Shown in pieces: positions 46,621-55,380 of a DNA stretch of 64,000 bases; position 1 is the first letter of the stretch; each line of letters opens with the position of its first letter. Made by a program: the position numbers and the translations under genes. Below the pieces are notes generated by a model that did not search any database, was not told where the DNA came from, and was given only the letters and a program-made list of their open reading frames with translations. Origin of the DNA: Christensenellales bacterium (GTDB lineage: Bacteria; Bacillota; Clostridia; Christensenellales; Aristaeellaceae). The stretch is from NCBI GenBank assembly GCA_050952845.1, contig JBMNLP010000001.1, positions 3,143,640 to 3,207,639 of the forward strand, given 5' to 3'.

Positions 46621-46913
46621 GGCTTTCGGCCTTTCTCAAGCCTGTCCAACGCTGTGGCATATCCGCCGTCCCCATATTTCAGGCATTTGTTTACCCGGGA
46701 GATCGTCGCCGTGCTCATGCCCGTTTTTTCTGCCACTTCACTGTAGTTCATGCCTGTTTTCAGCATCCGCGCCGCTTCCAGACGCTTGGCCATGTCGGTC
46801 AGCTCCTTGATTGTACACACATCCTCAAAAAAACGCAGGCACTCCGTCTGTGTATCCAATGTCATGATCGCGTCAAAAAACTGTGCCAGGTCCGGGTCAT
46901 TCTTCCAGCTCAT
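46617..46913 (-). CDS. YerC/YecD-family TrpR-like DNA-binding protein (possible HisR-type regulator)
   Basis: 98 aa. The C-terminal HTH reads YSEVAEKTGMSTATISRVNKCLKYG. Its stop overlaps the hisZ start, making it the first gene of the his operon. Confidence 0.75.
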   Translation of the reverse strand: MSWKNDPDLAQFFDAIMTLDTQTECLRFFEDVCTIKELTDMAKRLEAARMLKTGMNYSEVAEKTGMSTATISRVNKCLKYGDGGYATALDRLEKGRKP

Positions 46914-47028
46914 GGTACTCCCCCTTTCCAGGATAGTTTATCACTTTATCATACTAAAGTAAAGACCACAACCAAAACATTTTTTACCATGGGAAATGTA
47001 CAGATAGGATCTGCTTTCTATACAATTT

Positions 47029-47607
47029 TTATTCTTCGATGATAATTTTGATCGGTGTGCACTTTCCGCTGTTACAACTGCTCTCCGACACGCTGCACGC
47101 CGCAATGCCCACCCGCATATCCATCTTTGCTCTAAGCACAATGCTGTCCCCAGGCTGCGATACCGGCGCTTTCACAGTCACCGTACCATCCTCTCCAATC
47201 GCTGTGTTCATAAACAGGTTCACAGGCTGGATGATGGGTCTCATCGTACCTAAGCTGCGGTTGATGTTGTCCAGGCAATTGTCATGCCTTTCCCCGTTGT
47301 CATAAAAAAAGTCATACATTTCAGGTCGGCAGCATGGGTGCAACAGGTCATGCACACCTACATCATCCCGCACTACCTGAAACATCGGGTTATAACGATT
47401 GGAGTAAATAAAATTGCCTATTTGAAGCCGCAGCGAACCATTGCAATCTATCGTTACGCCAGGGGACAAAAATTCATCCGGCTGGTTCATCACCTCGGCA
47501 AAAAAGTCGGCTACCTGACCGCCTTCCACGTCAACCACCGTGATGGTCTGTCCCTTTTTTATTTCGACAGCCAACCCATTGCAGGCATGAATGATATGTT
47601 TCTGCAT
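47029..47607 (-). CDS. DUF1989 (urea-carboxylase-associated-like) family protein
   Basis: 192 aa. The N-terminal KKGQTITVVDVEGGQVADFFA pattern is typical of DUF1989, from family-level recall. It starts 18 nt after the dnaN stop. Confidence 0.65.
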   Translation of the reverse strand: MQKHIIHACNGLAVEIKKGQTITVVDVEGGQVADFFAEVMNQPDEFLSPGVTIDCNGSLRLQIGNFIYSNRYNPMFQVVRDDVGVHDLLHPCCRPEMYDFFYDNGERHDNCLDNINRSLGTMRPIIQPVNLFMNTAIGEDGTVTVKAPVSQPGDSIVLRAKMDMRVGIAACSVSESSCNSGKCTPIKIIIEE

Positions 47608-47625
47608 CTAAAAGCACACCATGAG

Positions 47626-48741
47626 TCAATCAATCGTCCGCACCGGCAGCACCAAATAGGTATACTGATTGCCTTCCACCGGGCAAATCACACAGGGACT
47701 GACATTGGTGTTAAAACGCATGCTGATATCCTCCGTGTCGATGTTCCGGATAACGTCTAGCAAATATCGTGCATTGAACGATATATCCAGCGGACTGCCT
47801 TCAAAATCGATCGGCAGCCGTTCTACTGCGGCACCCCGCTCGGCATACGCTGATATTGTCAGCGTTTCGTCAGTAAACTGCAACTTCAGTAAGTTGTTCT
47901 TGCCCTCCCGCGCCATCAGCGCCGCGCGGTCAATAGCACCTATCAGCGCCGCTCTGTCCACCCGCACTGCCGTCGTCCATGTTGTGGGCAATATTTGCTT
48001 GTAGTTGATATACTCGCCCGCGATCAGCGGCGAATACACCTTCGTGTTGTCAAACGCCGCCATCATATGCGTTGCGCTGCATACAATGCGTACCGGCTCA
48101 TCGCTCTCAGGCATCATGTGCGCAATTTCACCAATGGTTTTGCCCGGCAATATCGCCGCTAAGCATTCCTGCCCCATCGGTATCTCATTCTTCACATAGG
48201 CGCGCTGCATTCCCAACCGGAACCCATCCAAACAAACAAACCGCACTTCCTCAGCATAGGTTTCCATCAGGCAGCCTGTCAGTATCTTTCTGTTTTCATC
48301 GGACGCCACCGCGAAGATAATCCGGCCGACTGCGTCCCGCAGCCTGGATTGTGGCAGCACCGTCACATGATCGCTCACAACATCGTATATATCGGGAAAA
48401 TCCTCCGCTTCCATGCACAGCATGCTGGTTTTGCTGCCCTGGGCTGTGATCATTGCCTGAAATGCATTGCTTTCCGAGGCAATGTCAATCTCTCCGTCCA
48501 GTTTGCGCAATAACTCGCCCAACAGCTTTGCCGGAAGCAGCGCGCTGCCATCCTCGCTGACAGCAGCAGACACAATGGTTTTGATCGTGATGGTGCCGTC
48601 CGTGCATGTCAGTTGAATGCCTTTGTCCACCGTTTCGATGAATACACCTTCGTATATCAGCTTGGTTGGCTTGGCTGTCAGCGCCCTGGAGATCAGTCCC
48701 ATGCCGTAGTTGATGTGGTTTGCGTTGACTTGAAATCGCAT
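47626..48741 (-). CDS. dnaN: DNA polymerase III beta sliding clamp
   Basis: 371 aa with three-domain clamp length and pattern (MRFQV....L...L..V, LTGCLME, NARYLLDVI, C-terminal LVLPVR). Confidence 0.9.
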   Translation of the reverse strand: MRFQVNANHINYGMGLISRALTAKPTKLIYEGVFIETVDKGIQLTCTDGTITIKTIVSAAVSEDGSALLPAKLLGELLRKLDGEIDIASESNAFQAMITAQGSKTSMLCMEAEDFPDIYDVVSDHVTVLPQSRLRDAVGRIIFAVASDENRKILTGCLMETYAEEVRFVCLDGFRLGMQRAYVKNEIPMGQECLAAILPGKTIGEIAHMMPESDEPVRIVCSATHMMAAFDNTKVYSPLIAGEYINYKQILPTTWTTAVRVDRAALIGAIDRAALMAREGKNNLLKLQFTDETLTISAYAERGAAVERLPIDFEGSPLDISFNARYLLDVIRNIDTEDISMRFNTNVSPCVICPVEGNQYTYLVLPVRTID

Positions 48742-48829
48742 GCTGTCACGTCCTTTTCAGCGTTTTGCCTGCCCTTGGGCAGCCTTGTTGCTCTGGTAGT
48801 TATCTTTAAGTAGTAGTGGTAGTTGGGGA

Positions 48830-49189
48830 TGTGGAAACCGTGGATAAGGCATTTTTTCTGTTTCCTGATCATGGGTTACCACGCGGATAGTTTGTTGACA
48901 ACTTCCTCTTGGATTGTGGACCGGCTGTGGGTGTTTTCTGGTTGCCCTGTATTTTCCCACTCCTGCATATGGCTATATGATGCTATTTACCTGTTTGTGC
49001 CAATACTTAATAATTTATTGAAACAAACGATCCCTTGCCATGCCATTGCCAGTTTTTTCATCCTGTTGGGCTGTCCACATCATTCACATGCAGGTGTTCA
49101 CATCCTGTTGAACGTTTTTCATGAGCCTGTAACGAAGCCACAAAAAAATCGTTCGCTTAATTCCTGTATTACCCACAGAAATATCCACA
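48830..49189. promoter_or_regulatory. cluster of DnaA-box-like 9-mers with an AT-rich core upstream of dnaN
   Basis: One-mismatch matches to TTATCCACA/TGTGGATAA: cgtggataa (48839-48847), ttacccaca (49169-49177), atatccaca (49181-49189). Two-mismatch matches: tgtggaaac (48830-48838), ctgtccaca (49071-49079). AT-rich tract at 49001-49028. Confidence 0.4.
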
Positions 49190-49191
49190 GG

Positions 49192-49953
49192 TTATAACCC
49201 GGCTGCTGCCTCTTTATCTAAGATCACCATGGCGTTTTGATGCAACCGAAGGATGGAGGCCGGCAGCTGTGGCTTGATATCGCCCTTGACCATCGCCGTT
49301 ACCGCAGGTACCTTTCCGCTCCCAAAGGCAACAAACACCACGCGTTTGGCTTGCATGATGCCACCAATGCCCAGTGCAATCGCTTCCCTGGGCACTTCAT
49401 CGGCGCTGTTAAAAAAGCGGCGGTTGGATGCTATTGTGCTATCGGTCAGCTTAACGATCTGCGTGCCATATACAAAGGTATCCGCAGGTTCATTGAAGCC
49501 AATGTGTCCGTTGGTGCCCACGCCTAAAAACTGCAGGTCAATGCCGCCCGCTTTTTCAATTGCTGCGTCGTAACGCTTACACTCGGCTTCCAGATCTTTT
49601 GCACTGCCGTCCGGCAGATACGAAGCTTTCAGGTTGATGTGGCGGAAGAGGTTCTCCTCCATGAACACATGGTAGCTGCACGGATGATCCTTTGCCAAGC
49701 CCACGTACTCGTCTAAATTGAAGCTAATGGCCTGGGAAAAATCCAACAACCCTGCCTGATGCCAGGCTGCGAGCTTTTTGTATGTCGGAATAGGTGTTGA
49801 ACCCGTGGCAAAACCCAGCACGCTGTCCGGTTTTTTCAGCACCTGTGCCGCAAACAGCATGGCTGCGGCTTCGCTTGCTTTTTCCGGCGAATCATATACA
49901 TGGATATTCAATGATGTATGCCCTCCCATAGCGTAGTTGATGTTGAAACGCAT
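49192..49953 (-). CDS. nagB: glucosamine-6-phosphate deaminase
   Basis: 253 aa with LGFATGSTP, GVGTNGHIGFNEP and a typical NagB C-terminal half. The start is uncertain (M1 or M9). Confidence 0.85.
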   Translation of the reverse strand: MRFNINYAMGGHTSLNIHVYDSPEKASEAAAMLFAAQVLKKPDSVLGFATGSTPIPTYKKLAAWHQAGLLDFSQAISFNLDEYVGLAKDHPCSYHVFMEENLFRHINLKASYLPDGSAKDLEAECKRYDAAIEKAGGIDLQFLGVGTNGHIGFNEPADTFVYGTQIVKLTDSTIASNRRFFNSADEVPREAIALGIGGIMQAKRVVFVAFGSGKVPAVTAMVKGDIKPQLPASILRLHQNAMVILDKEAAAGL

Positions 49954-50032
49954 AAATTATACCATATTTTAACGGTTGCGTATACTGCGTAAAAATCAAT
50001 GGTTTTGCAGTCATCCTAAAATGCTCCCGATG

Positions 50033-51031
50033 TTATTGCACAGCCATTTCAGCATATTCCCGCAGTAGACGGATATAGCATTCAAAATCCTCCAGGGATA
50101 CCCCGGGCGGCGTTTGGTGGTCGACCCCGGGAATATAGCCGCCTTGTTTCATTACAGGAAAAATACGGTCAAATTCTGCGCGCATGGCGCTTTCACCTTG
50201 ATGCATGACCATTTTGTCAAATCCTCCCAGCAATAACAACTTGGGATATGCCTGACGAATCGTCACGATATCTACGCCTGCCATGCGTTCCAGCGGCAGC
50301 AAGCCGTCGATACCGGCTTCCATGAGCCAGGGCAACATCATGGTGGGGTTGCCGTCGGTATCCATGAACACCTTGGTTCCCCGGGCCTTGATGTGGGGAA
50401 TAACGCGCTGGTAATAAGGCATTAAAAACTCATCAAAACACGCCTGAGATAGCATAGGCCCGAGGTTAAAGCTCATGTCCTCAGCAATGGTCATAAATTC
50501 CGGTGTCCAGATGGCAAATATCTTTTCTATCTGGCGAAGCTGAAAGTCCGCCAGGTCGCACAGTATCCGGTGATACAGCGCCGGGTAATCGTAAAAAGCA
50601 TAGAAATGGTTTTCAATGCCAAACAGCGTTCTGGGAAACCAGAATGCACCGTCCATGGAAAACCATATCGCCAATTCACCCCGGTCATGCGCCGGCTTGT
50701 TCCGACGCATGTCTGCCAGCAGCGGGTCGATGCCGTGTTCAGGGTACAGCAATGGCAGCAAGGTGTCATAGTCCTTTTCATCATAAATCAGCGGCGCACC
50801 ATGCCAGGCTGGTTTGGGACAGCGCGCATCCAGGCTGGGGAACCAGTAGTTTTTCAGCACATCGCTGCCCAAGCGGTGGAATAGGGCTGTGCCGGATAAG
50901 GCAGGGTCCAGCCCCTCCTGGTGCCAGCGTGACAACGTTTTATCCCAGAACGGCGCCCATTCCACCACGGGCAGCCGATCCTGAGGTTGTTCAAAGTTCA
51001 GTACCGACAGAAAGCGTTCCCTGTTTGTCAT
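50033..51031 (-). CDS. URO-D-superfamily protein (paralogue B), non-heme context
   Basis: The start was set at MTNRERF (ATG 51029-51031) after a ggagg SD. The C-terminal pattern DTDG...GGYIPGVDHQTPPGVSLEDF is shared with the 54182 paralogue. Confidence 0.65.
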   Translation of the reverse strand: MTNRERFLSVLNFEQPQDRLPVVEWAPFWDKTLSRWHQEGLDPALSGTALFHRLGSDVLKNYWFPSLDARCPKPAWHGAPLIYDEKDYDTLLPLLYPEHGIDPLLADMRRNKPAHDRGELAIWFSMDGAFWFPRTLFGIENHFYAFYDYPALYHRILCDLADFQLRQIEKIFAIWTPEFMTIAEDMSFNLGPMLSQACFDEFLMPYYQRVIPHIKARGTKVFMDTDGNPTMMLPWLMEAGIDGLLPLERMAGVDIVTIRQAYPKLLLLGGFDKMVMHQGESAMRAEFDRIFPVMKQGGYIPGVDHQTPPGVSLEDFECYIRLLREYAEMAVQ

Positions 51032-51220
51032 GGATTTTTCCTCCCATGGCGATGTCGCTTGGTCCAGCAGTCTCGCCATGAATACTGCCATTGTTGAAAA
51101 TGTACAACGCTGGTGTGAAACAAGGCAACTGAGAATACCCTGTTCGGAATGATCAAACGATTCGGCTGCGGGATGGTGACACTTTTCCATCCCGCAGCCG
51201 TACTGGGGCGCCGAACTTCG

Positions 51221-52387
51221 TCAGATCTCCGGGATGACGATTTCGATTTCGCGGCCTAACTTTGCCGATTTGGCAATCCCATCGATGATGGCCTGGTTGT
51301 AGAGAATTTCAGACGCAGGAACGGGCGCCGGGGTGCCGTTCAGGATGGCGTCCAGGAACGAACGAATTTTGATGTCAAACAGGCTGACGCCCTTGTCGGG
51401 CAGGATGGGCAGCTCTTGCTGGGTCTGCACGCCTGCCACATCGCGGTACAGCGTCATGGGGCCGCCGACGGTGCCGTTCCAGCAATCGGTGGAAGGGATG
51501 CGCAGCGCGCCCTTGGTGCCCAGGATCACCGTGTCGCCGGGGGTATCCAGGTGCATTGCCCAGGAGATCCGGAAGTCCAGGATGATGCCGCCCTCCAGGC
51601 GAATGAATGCGGCAGCAAAGTCGTCCACGTTAAAGCGCTTGGCGTTTTCCTCCGCCGTGTGGAACCGGTCCGGCTGCTGATACAGGGGATTGGTGCCAAA
51701 GAAATTGGACACATAGCCGGTGACCGTCAGCGGTTTGGGGTTGCCTACGGCGTTGAGCACCATGTCCAGTGAATAACAGCCGATGTCGCCCAGGGCGCCA
51801 AGGCCCGCAGTTTTATCCTCGATGAAGGTGCTGTTGGGGATGCCGCGCCTTCTGCCGCCGCCGGTTTGGATGTAGTAAATGTCGCCCAGCTCGCCGGCTT
51901 CGATGATGCGCTTGATGTACTTCATGTTTTCATCGCCGCGGGGCTGGAAGCCGATGGAGAGCACCTTGCCGCTTTTCTTTTCGGCGCGGCAGATATCCAC
52001 TGCCTCTTCCAGCGTGACGCACATGGGTTTTTCCAGCAGCACATTGACGCCCTTCTCCAGTGCGTAAATTGTACATTCCGCATGCGTACGGTTGTAGGTG
52101 CATACGCTGACAGCGTCCAACTCCTCGTTGTCGAGCATTTCCTTATGGCTGGGATAGAACCGAACGCCCTTGACGCCATAGCTTTCCATAAAAGCCTCGG
52201 CTTTTCCGGGGATCAGATCGGCTGCGGCGACGATGTCCACGTCGGGCATGTTTTTGTAGCTTTCGATGTGCGACTCGGCAATCCAGCCTGTGCCGATGAT
52301 GCCCACCTTCAGCCTGCGCGTGGGCGCAGCCCTTTTCTCCTTTATTTCCTGGGTAAACTGAGACAATACCTTATCAGCGCCTGCCAT
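51221..52387 (-). CDS. Gfo/Idh/MocA-family oxidoreductase
   Basis: 388 aa with Rossmann motif LKVGIIGTGWIAESH and the LLEKPM motif. Confidence 0.85.
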   Translation of the reverse strand: MAGADKVLSQFTQEIKEKRAAPTRRLKVGIIGTGWIAESHIESYKNMPDVDIVAAADLIPGKAEAFMESYGVKGVRFYPSHKEMLDNEELDAVSVCTYNRTHAECTIYALEKGVNVLLEKPMCVTLEEAVDICRAEKKSGKVLSIGFQPRGDENMKYIKRIIEAGELGDIYYIQTGGGRRRGIPNSTFIEDKTAGLGALGDIGCYSLDMVLNAVGNPKPLTVTGYVSNFFGTNPLYQQPDRFHTAEENAKRFNVDDFAAAFIRLEGGIILDFRISWAMHLDTPGDTVILGTKGALRIPSTDCWNGTVGGPMTLYRDVAGVQTQQELPILPDKGVSLFDIKIRSFLDAILNGTPAPVPASEILYNQAIIDGIAKSAKLGREIEIVIPEI

Positions 52388-52608
52388 TGTGATTGTTTCC
52401 TCCTTTTAATATCATTTTATACGCAGAGCACGCTGTTTATCCTTTCGCCGTATGAATGAAAAATCCTGCCTGCAAGAATGCAAAAAGCGAATTGCTGACG
52501 GATTGCCAATGGCAACCCGGTACCCCGGTACAAAACTTTCATTGACATTTCCTGCGGTTTTGCCTATGATGCTCCTGTCATGAGAACTATGAATTAAGGG
52601 GTAGGCTT

Positions 52609-52773
52609 ATGAAACTCGGTGGAAACATTGTTAAACCGTATCACACACCCGAGGAGTGGGTAAATCTGGTCAAAGAAGCAGGGTATGCCGCTGCGCTTGC
52701 CCCTATCGATCACCAGGCTGCCTATGCCCATGTGGTGCGTATTGCAGCCAGGGAAAACATCCCCATTCAATAA
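52609..52773 (+). pseudogene. 54-codon ORF resembling only the N-terminus of a xylose-isomerase-like TIM-barrel (sugar phosphate isomerase/epimerase) protein
   Basis: It reads MKLGGNIVKPYHTPEEWVNLVKEAGYAAALAPIDHQAAYAHVVRIAARENIPIQ*. That matches the start of roughly 280-aa TIM-barrel proteins as I recall them, but it stops at TAA 52771. It falls below the ORF-track length cut-off. Confidence 0.3.
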
Positions 52774-52793
52774 TCATATATACGGAGGTAACC

Positions 52794-53663
52794 ATGAACA
52801 ACAAAGCATTGTTCCCACGCACAGAAGTAGCCGGGCACTCCTTGTCGCGCATGATCATCGGCACCAACTGGATGCTGGGGTGGAGCCATCGCACCCCCTC
52901 TGCCGACCAGCACATCAAAATGCGGTTCCCCACTCCCGAAAGCGCCTATCCCATGATCAAAGCCTTTTTGGACAATGGAGTGGACACCATCATGGGCTTG
53001 GCGCAAAATGACAGCATCCTGGCTGAGGCTGTGCGCTATGCGCAGGACAAATCCGGTAAAAAAATGATTCTCATCGATACACCCATCATAAACGTGGATG
53101 ATAACGAGCAGGCGCGGCGCGAGGCGCAGGCTGTGATCCGCGGCAGCAAAAAAAATGGCGCCACGTTTTGCTTCCTGCACCATTCCAGCGCCGAGCAGCT
53201 GGTGAATAAAAACAAACGTGAATTAACCCGCCTGGCTGACTATACCGATATGATCCGTCAGGAAGGGATGATCCCCGGACTGTCGGCGCATATGCCGGAG
53301 CTGGTTGTTTACTCTGATGAAAACGGCTATGATGTGGAATCCTACATCCAGATATTCAACTGCATGGGGTTCCTGATGCAAGTTGAGATAGAGACCGTCG
53401 CCTCCATCATCCACAACGCCAAAAAGCCGGTGATGACCATCAAGCCCATGGCAGCAGGCCGCGTAACACCCTACGTGGGACTGAACTTCGTATGGAACAC
53501 CCTGCGCGAGAAGGATATGGTCACTGTGGGATGCACCAACGCCGAGGAGGCTTTTGAAGACGTAGAAATCTCCCGCGCAGCCATAGAGCGGCGCTACCCT
53601 GATATCGGCAAGCGGTCCAGCCCCAATACGAAGCAGGCGGCTTTTGGCAGCGATGCGGAATAA
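52794..53663 (+). CDS. hypothetical protein (about 289 aa), family not recognised
   Basis: The start was set at ATG 52794 (MNNKALFPRTEV) after an acggagg SD. The N-terminal LSRMIIGTNWMLGW is faintly aldo/keto-reductase-like. Codon usage and GC match the neighbouring genes. Confidence 0.55.
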   Translation: MNNKALFPRTEVAGHSLSRMIIGTNWMLGWSHRTPSADQHIKMRFPTPESAYPMIKAFLDNGVDTIMGLAQNDSILAEAVRYAQDKSGKKMILIDTPIINVDDNEQARREAQAVIRGSKKNGATFCFLHHSSAEQLVNKNKRELTRLADYTDMIRQEGMIPGLSAHMPELVVYSDENGYDVESYIQIFNCMGFLMQVEIETVASIIHNAKKPVMTIKPMAAGRVTPYVGLNFVWNTLREKDMVTVGCTNAEEAFEDVEISRAAIERRYPDIGKRSSPNTKQAAFGSDAE

Positions 53664-53689
53664 TCGGGCGCTTTAAGGAGGCTGTTCAG

Positions 53690-54076
53690 ATGAAAAAGCG
53701 GGCGCTTGCTGCAGCTGTGCTTGTGCTGGTCGCGGCGCTGTTCTCGGTACAGGCGCTTATTGCGGAGCTGGTGCTGAATGCCGGCATGCCCATCGATGAT
53801 CAGGTGCAGGCCTTCCGCGTATACCTTGATGAGCTTGACAGCGACAGCCAGGCGCAATGGGTAGTCCATCTGCGGGAAATTATAGCCGAAGCAGACGATA
53901 CTGCTCTGCAGCTGACCTTGTTGTCCGGCGATACGCTGGTATATATTGCACCAACAGGGCAGGTATACCATCGCACCCAAAGCTGCAGCGGACTGAGCAA
54001 CGCTAAAAGCGTGGAAGCCGTTACCGAAGAAAAGGCTGTAGTGATGGGCCGCAGAAAATGCAAGAAGTGCTATTGA
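53690..54076 (+). CDS. small secreted/anchored protein with a C-terminal Cys-containing motif
   Basis: 128 aa with signal-like MKKRALAAAVLVLVAALFSVQA. The C-terminus reads VYIAPTGQVYHRTQSCSGL...GRRKCKKCY. An aaggagg SD is present. Confidence 0.6.
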   Translation: MKKRALAAAVLVLVAALFSVQALIAELVLNAGMPIDDQVQAFRVYLDELDSDSQAQWVVHLREIIAEADDTALQLTLLSGDTLVYIAPTGQVYHRTQSCSGLSNAKSVEAVTEEKAVVMGRRKCKKCY

Positions 54077-54181
54077 TACGGTTGTTTTGGGCTGTTATGC
54101 GCCCAATGGTCAAGCGATGCGCCTTCAAAAGCCGGCAAAAAGCGATTTGAAAAGCGCCGACAACCTATCCGAGGTTTTCGT

Positions 54182-55351
54182 ATGCATAAAGAGATATATG
54201 GCCCTGTGCCCTACAATAATATGAGCCCATCCGCCAAGCGGGTGCGCGACTTTTACGCTATGCGCCCCGGCGCACCCATCTACCGGGAGGAATTCGGCTA
54301 TTACGTGCTGGACCGCTGGATCAGGGAAGGGCATTTGAAACCCAGGGACCAGGTTACGGACTATGGTGCTTACCTGGGTGAAATATTCGGGTTTGACAAG
54401 CCCGCCATCAACACCATCTATGGCCTGGGCAGCTGCGAGGCAGCCTTCCTGCCGGAGTTTGAAACCAGAGTGTTGGAGGATCGGGGCAACTATGAGCTGG
54501 TGCAGGATTTTGCCGGCCGGGCGTTGCTATGCTTCAAGGGGCGTCGGGACGGTTTCATGCCCGAGTATGTGGACCATCCCGTCAAGGATATGGCAACCTG
54601 GGAGCGCGATGTAGCCTGGCGCATGGACCCCGATACCCCCGGCCGCATGGAGCTGACCCGCGCCAGCGTGGAAAAAGCCAAGAAGGATGCTGAAGAGGGC
54701 AATGTGGTGGTCCAGTTAGCGGTGGGTGGCTATATGTACTTGCGCAGCCTGATAGGTCCGGGGGAACTGCTGTATAAATTCTATGATGACCCCGATTTAA
54801 TTCACGCCTGCATGCAAGCCTGGTACAACCTTGCTGATAAGGTGATCGAACGGCACCAGCAGGTAGTAGCCTTTGATGCACTCTTTTTGAGCGAGGACAT
54901 CTGCTATAACCATGGCGCCCTGATATCCCCTGCCATGATGGAAGAGTTCCTGTTGCCATACTACCGGCAGCTATATGCCAACATGAAAAAGCGTAACCTG
55001 GACCAAACACGAAAAATCCATCTTCAGGTAGACACCGATGGTCGCTGCCACGATGTAATCGACATATACGCGTCCATTGGCTGCGATTACATGAGCCCAT
55101 TCGAGGTGGCTTCGGGATGCGATGTGGTGGAACTGGGCAGGCAATATCCCAATTTGCTGATCCGCGGCGGCATCGACAAGCGCATCATCGCCAAGGGCGG
55201 CGACGATATCAAGCGGCATTTGGCGTACATTATGCCAGCCATGCGTGCCCGGGGCGGATATATCCCGGTATGCGACCATGGCGTACCCGAGGAGGTAACG
55301 TTTGAAAACTATATGCTTTATCGCAAGCTGATGTTGGAATACTGTGGCTGA
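54182..55351 (+). CDS. URO-D-superfamily protein (paralogue C), non-heme context
   Basis: 389 aa. The C-terminal pattern VDTDG...RGGYIPVCDHGVPEEVTFENY parallels the 50033 paralogue. Confidence 0.65.
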   Translation: MHKEIYGPVPYNNMSPSAKRVRDFYAMRPGAPIYREEFGYYVLDRWIREGHLKPRDQVTDYGAYLGEIFGFDKPAINTIYGLGSCEAAFLPEFETRVLEDRGNYELVQDFAGRALLCFKGRRDGFMPEYVDHPVKDMATWERDVAWRMDPDTPGRMELTRASVEKAKKDAEEGNVVVQLAVGGYMYLRSLIGPGELLYKFYDDPDLIHACMQAWYNLADKVIERHQQVVAFDALFLSEDICYNHGALISPAMMEEFLLPYYRQLYANMKKRNLDQTRKIHLQVDTDGRCHDVIDIYASIGCDYMSPFEVASGCDVVELGRQYPNLLIRGGIDKRIIAKGGDDIKRHLAYIMPAMRARGGYIPVCDHGVPEEVTFENYMLYRKLMLEYCG

Positions 55352-55380
55352 TATATGCATAGAAACGGAGAGGAATCCCT

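Noticed and set aside
46914-47028. A T-box, riboswitch or peptide-attenuator leader for the his operon.
   Set aside because: Only about 114 nt are available, with no specifier or antiterminator-like structure and no His-codon-rich leader peptide. A protein-operator model is preferred (see findings).
48823-49197. A 124-aa ORF filling the dnaN-nagB intergenic region.
   Set aside because: It is Cys/His/Trp-rich with odd composition, has no SD and resembles no family. The region is better explained as regulatory or origin-like DNA carrying DnaA-box-like 9-mers.
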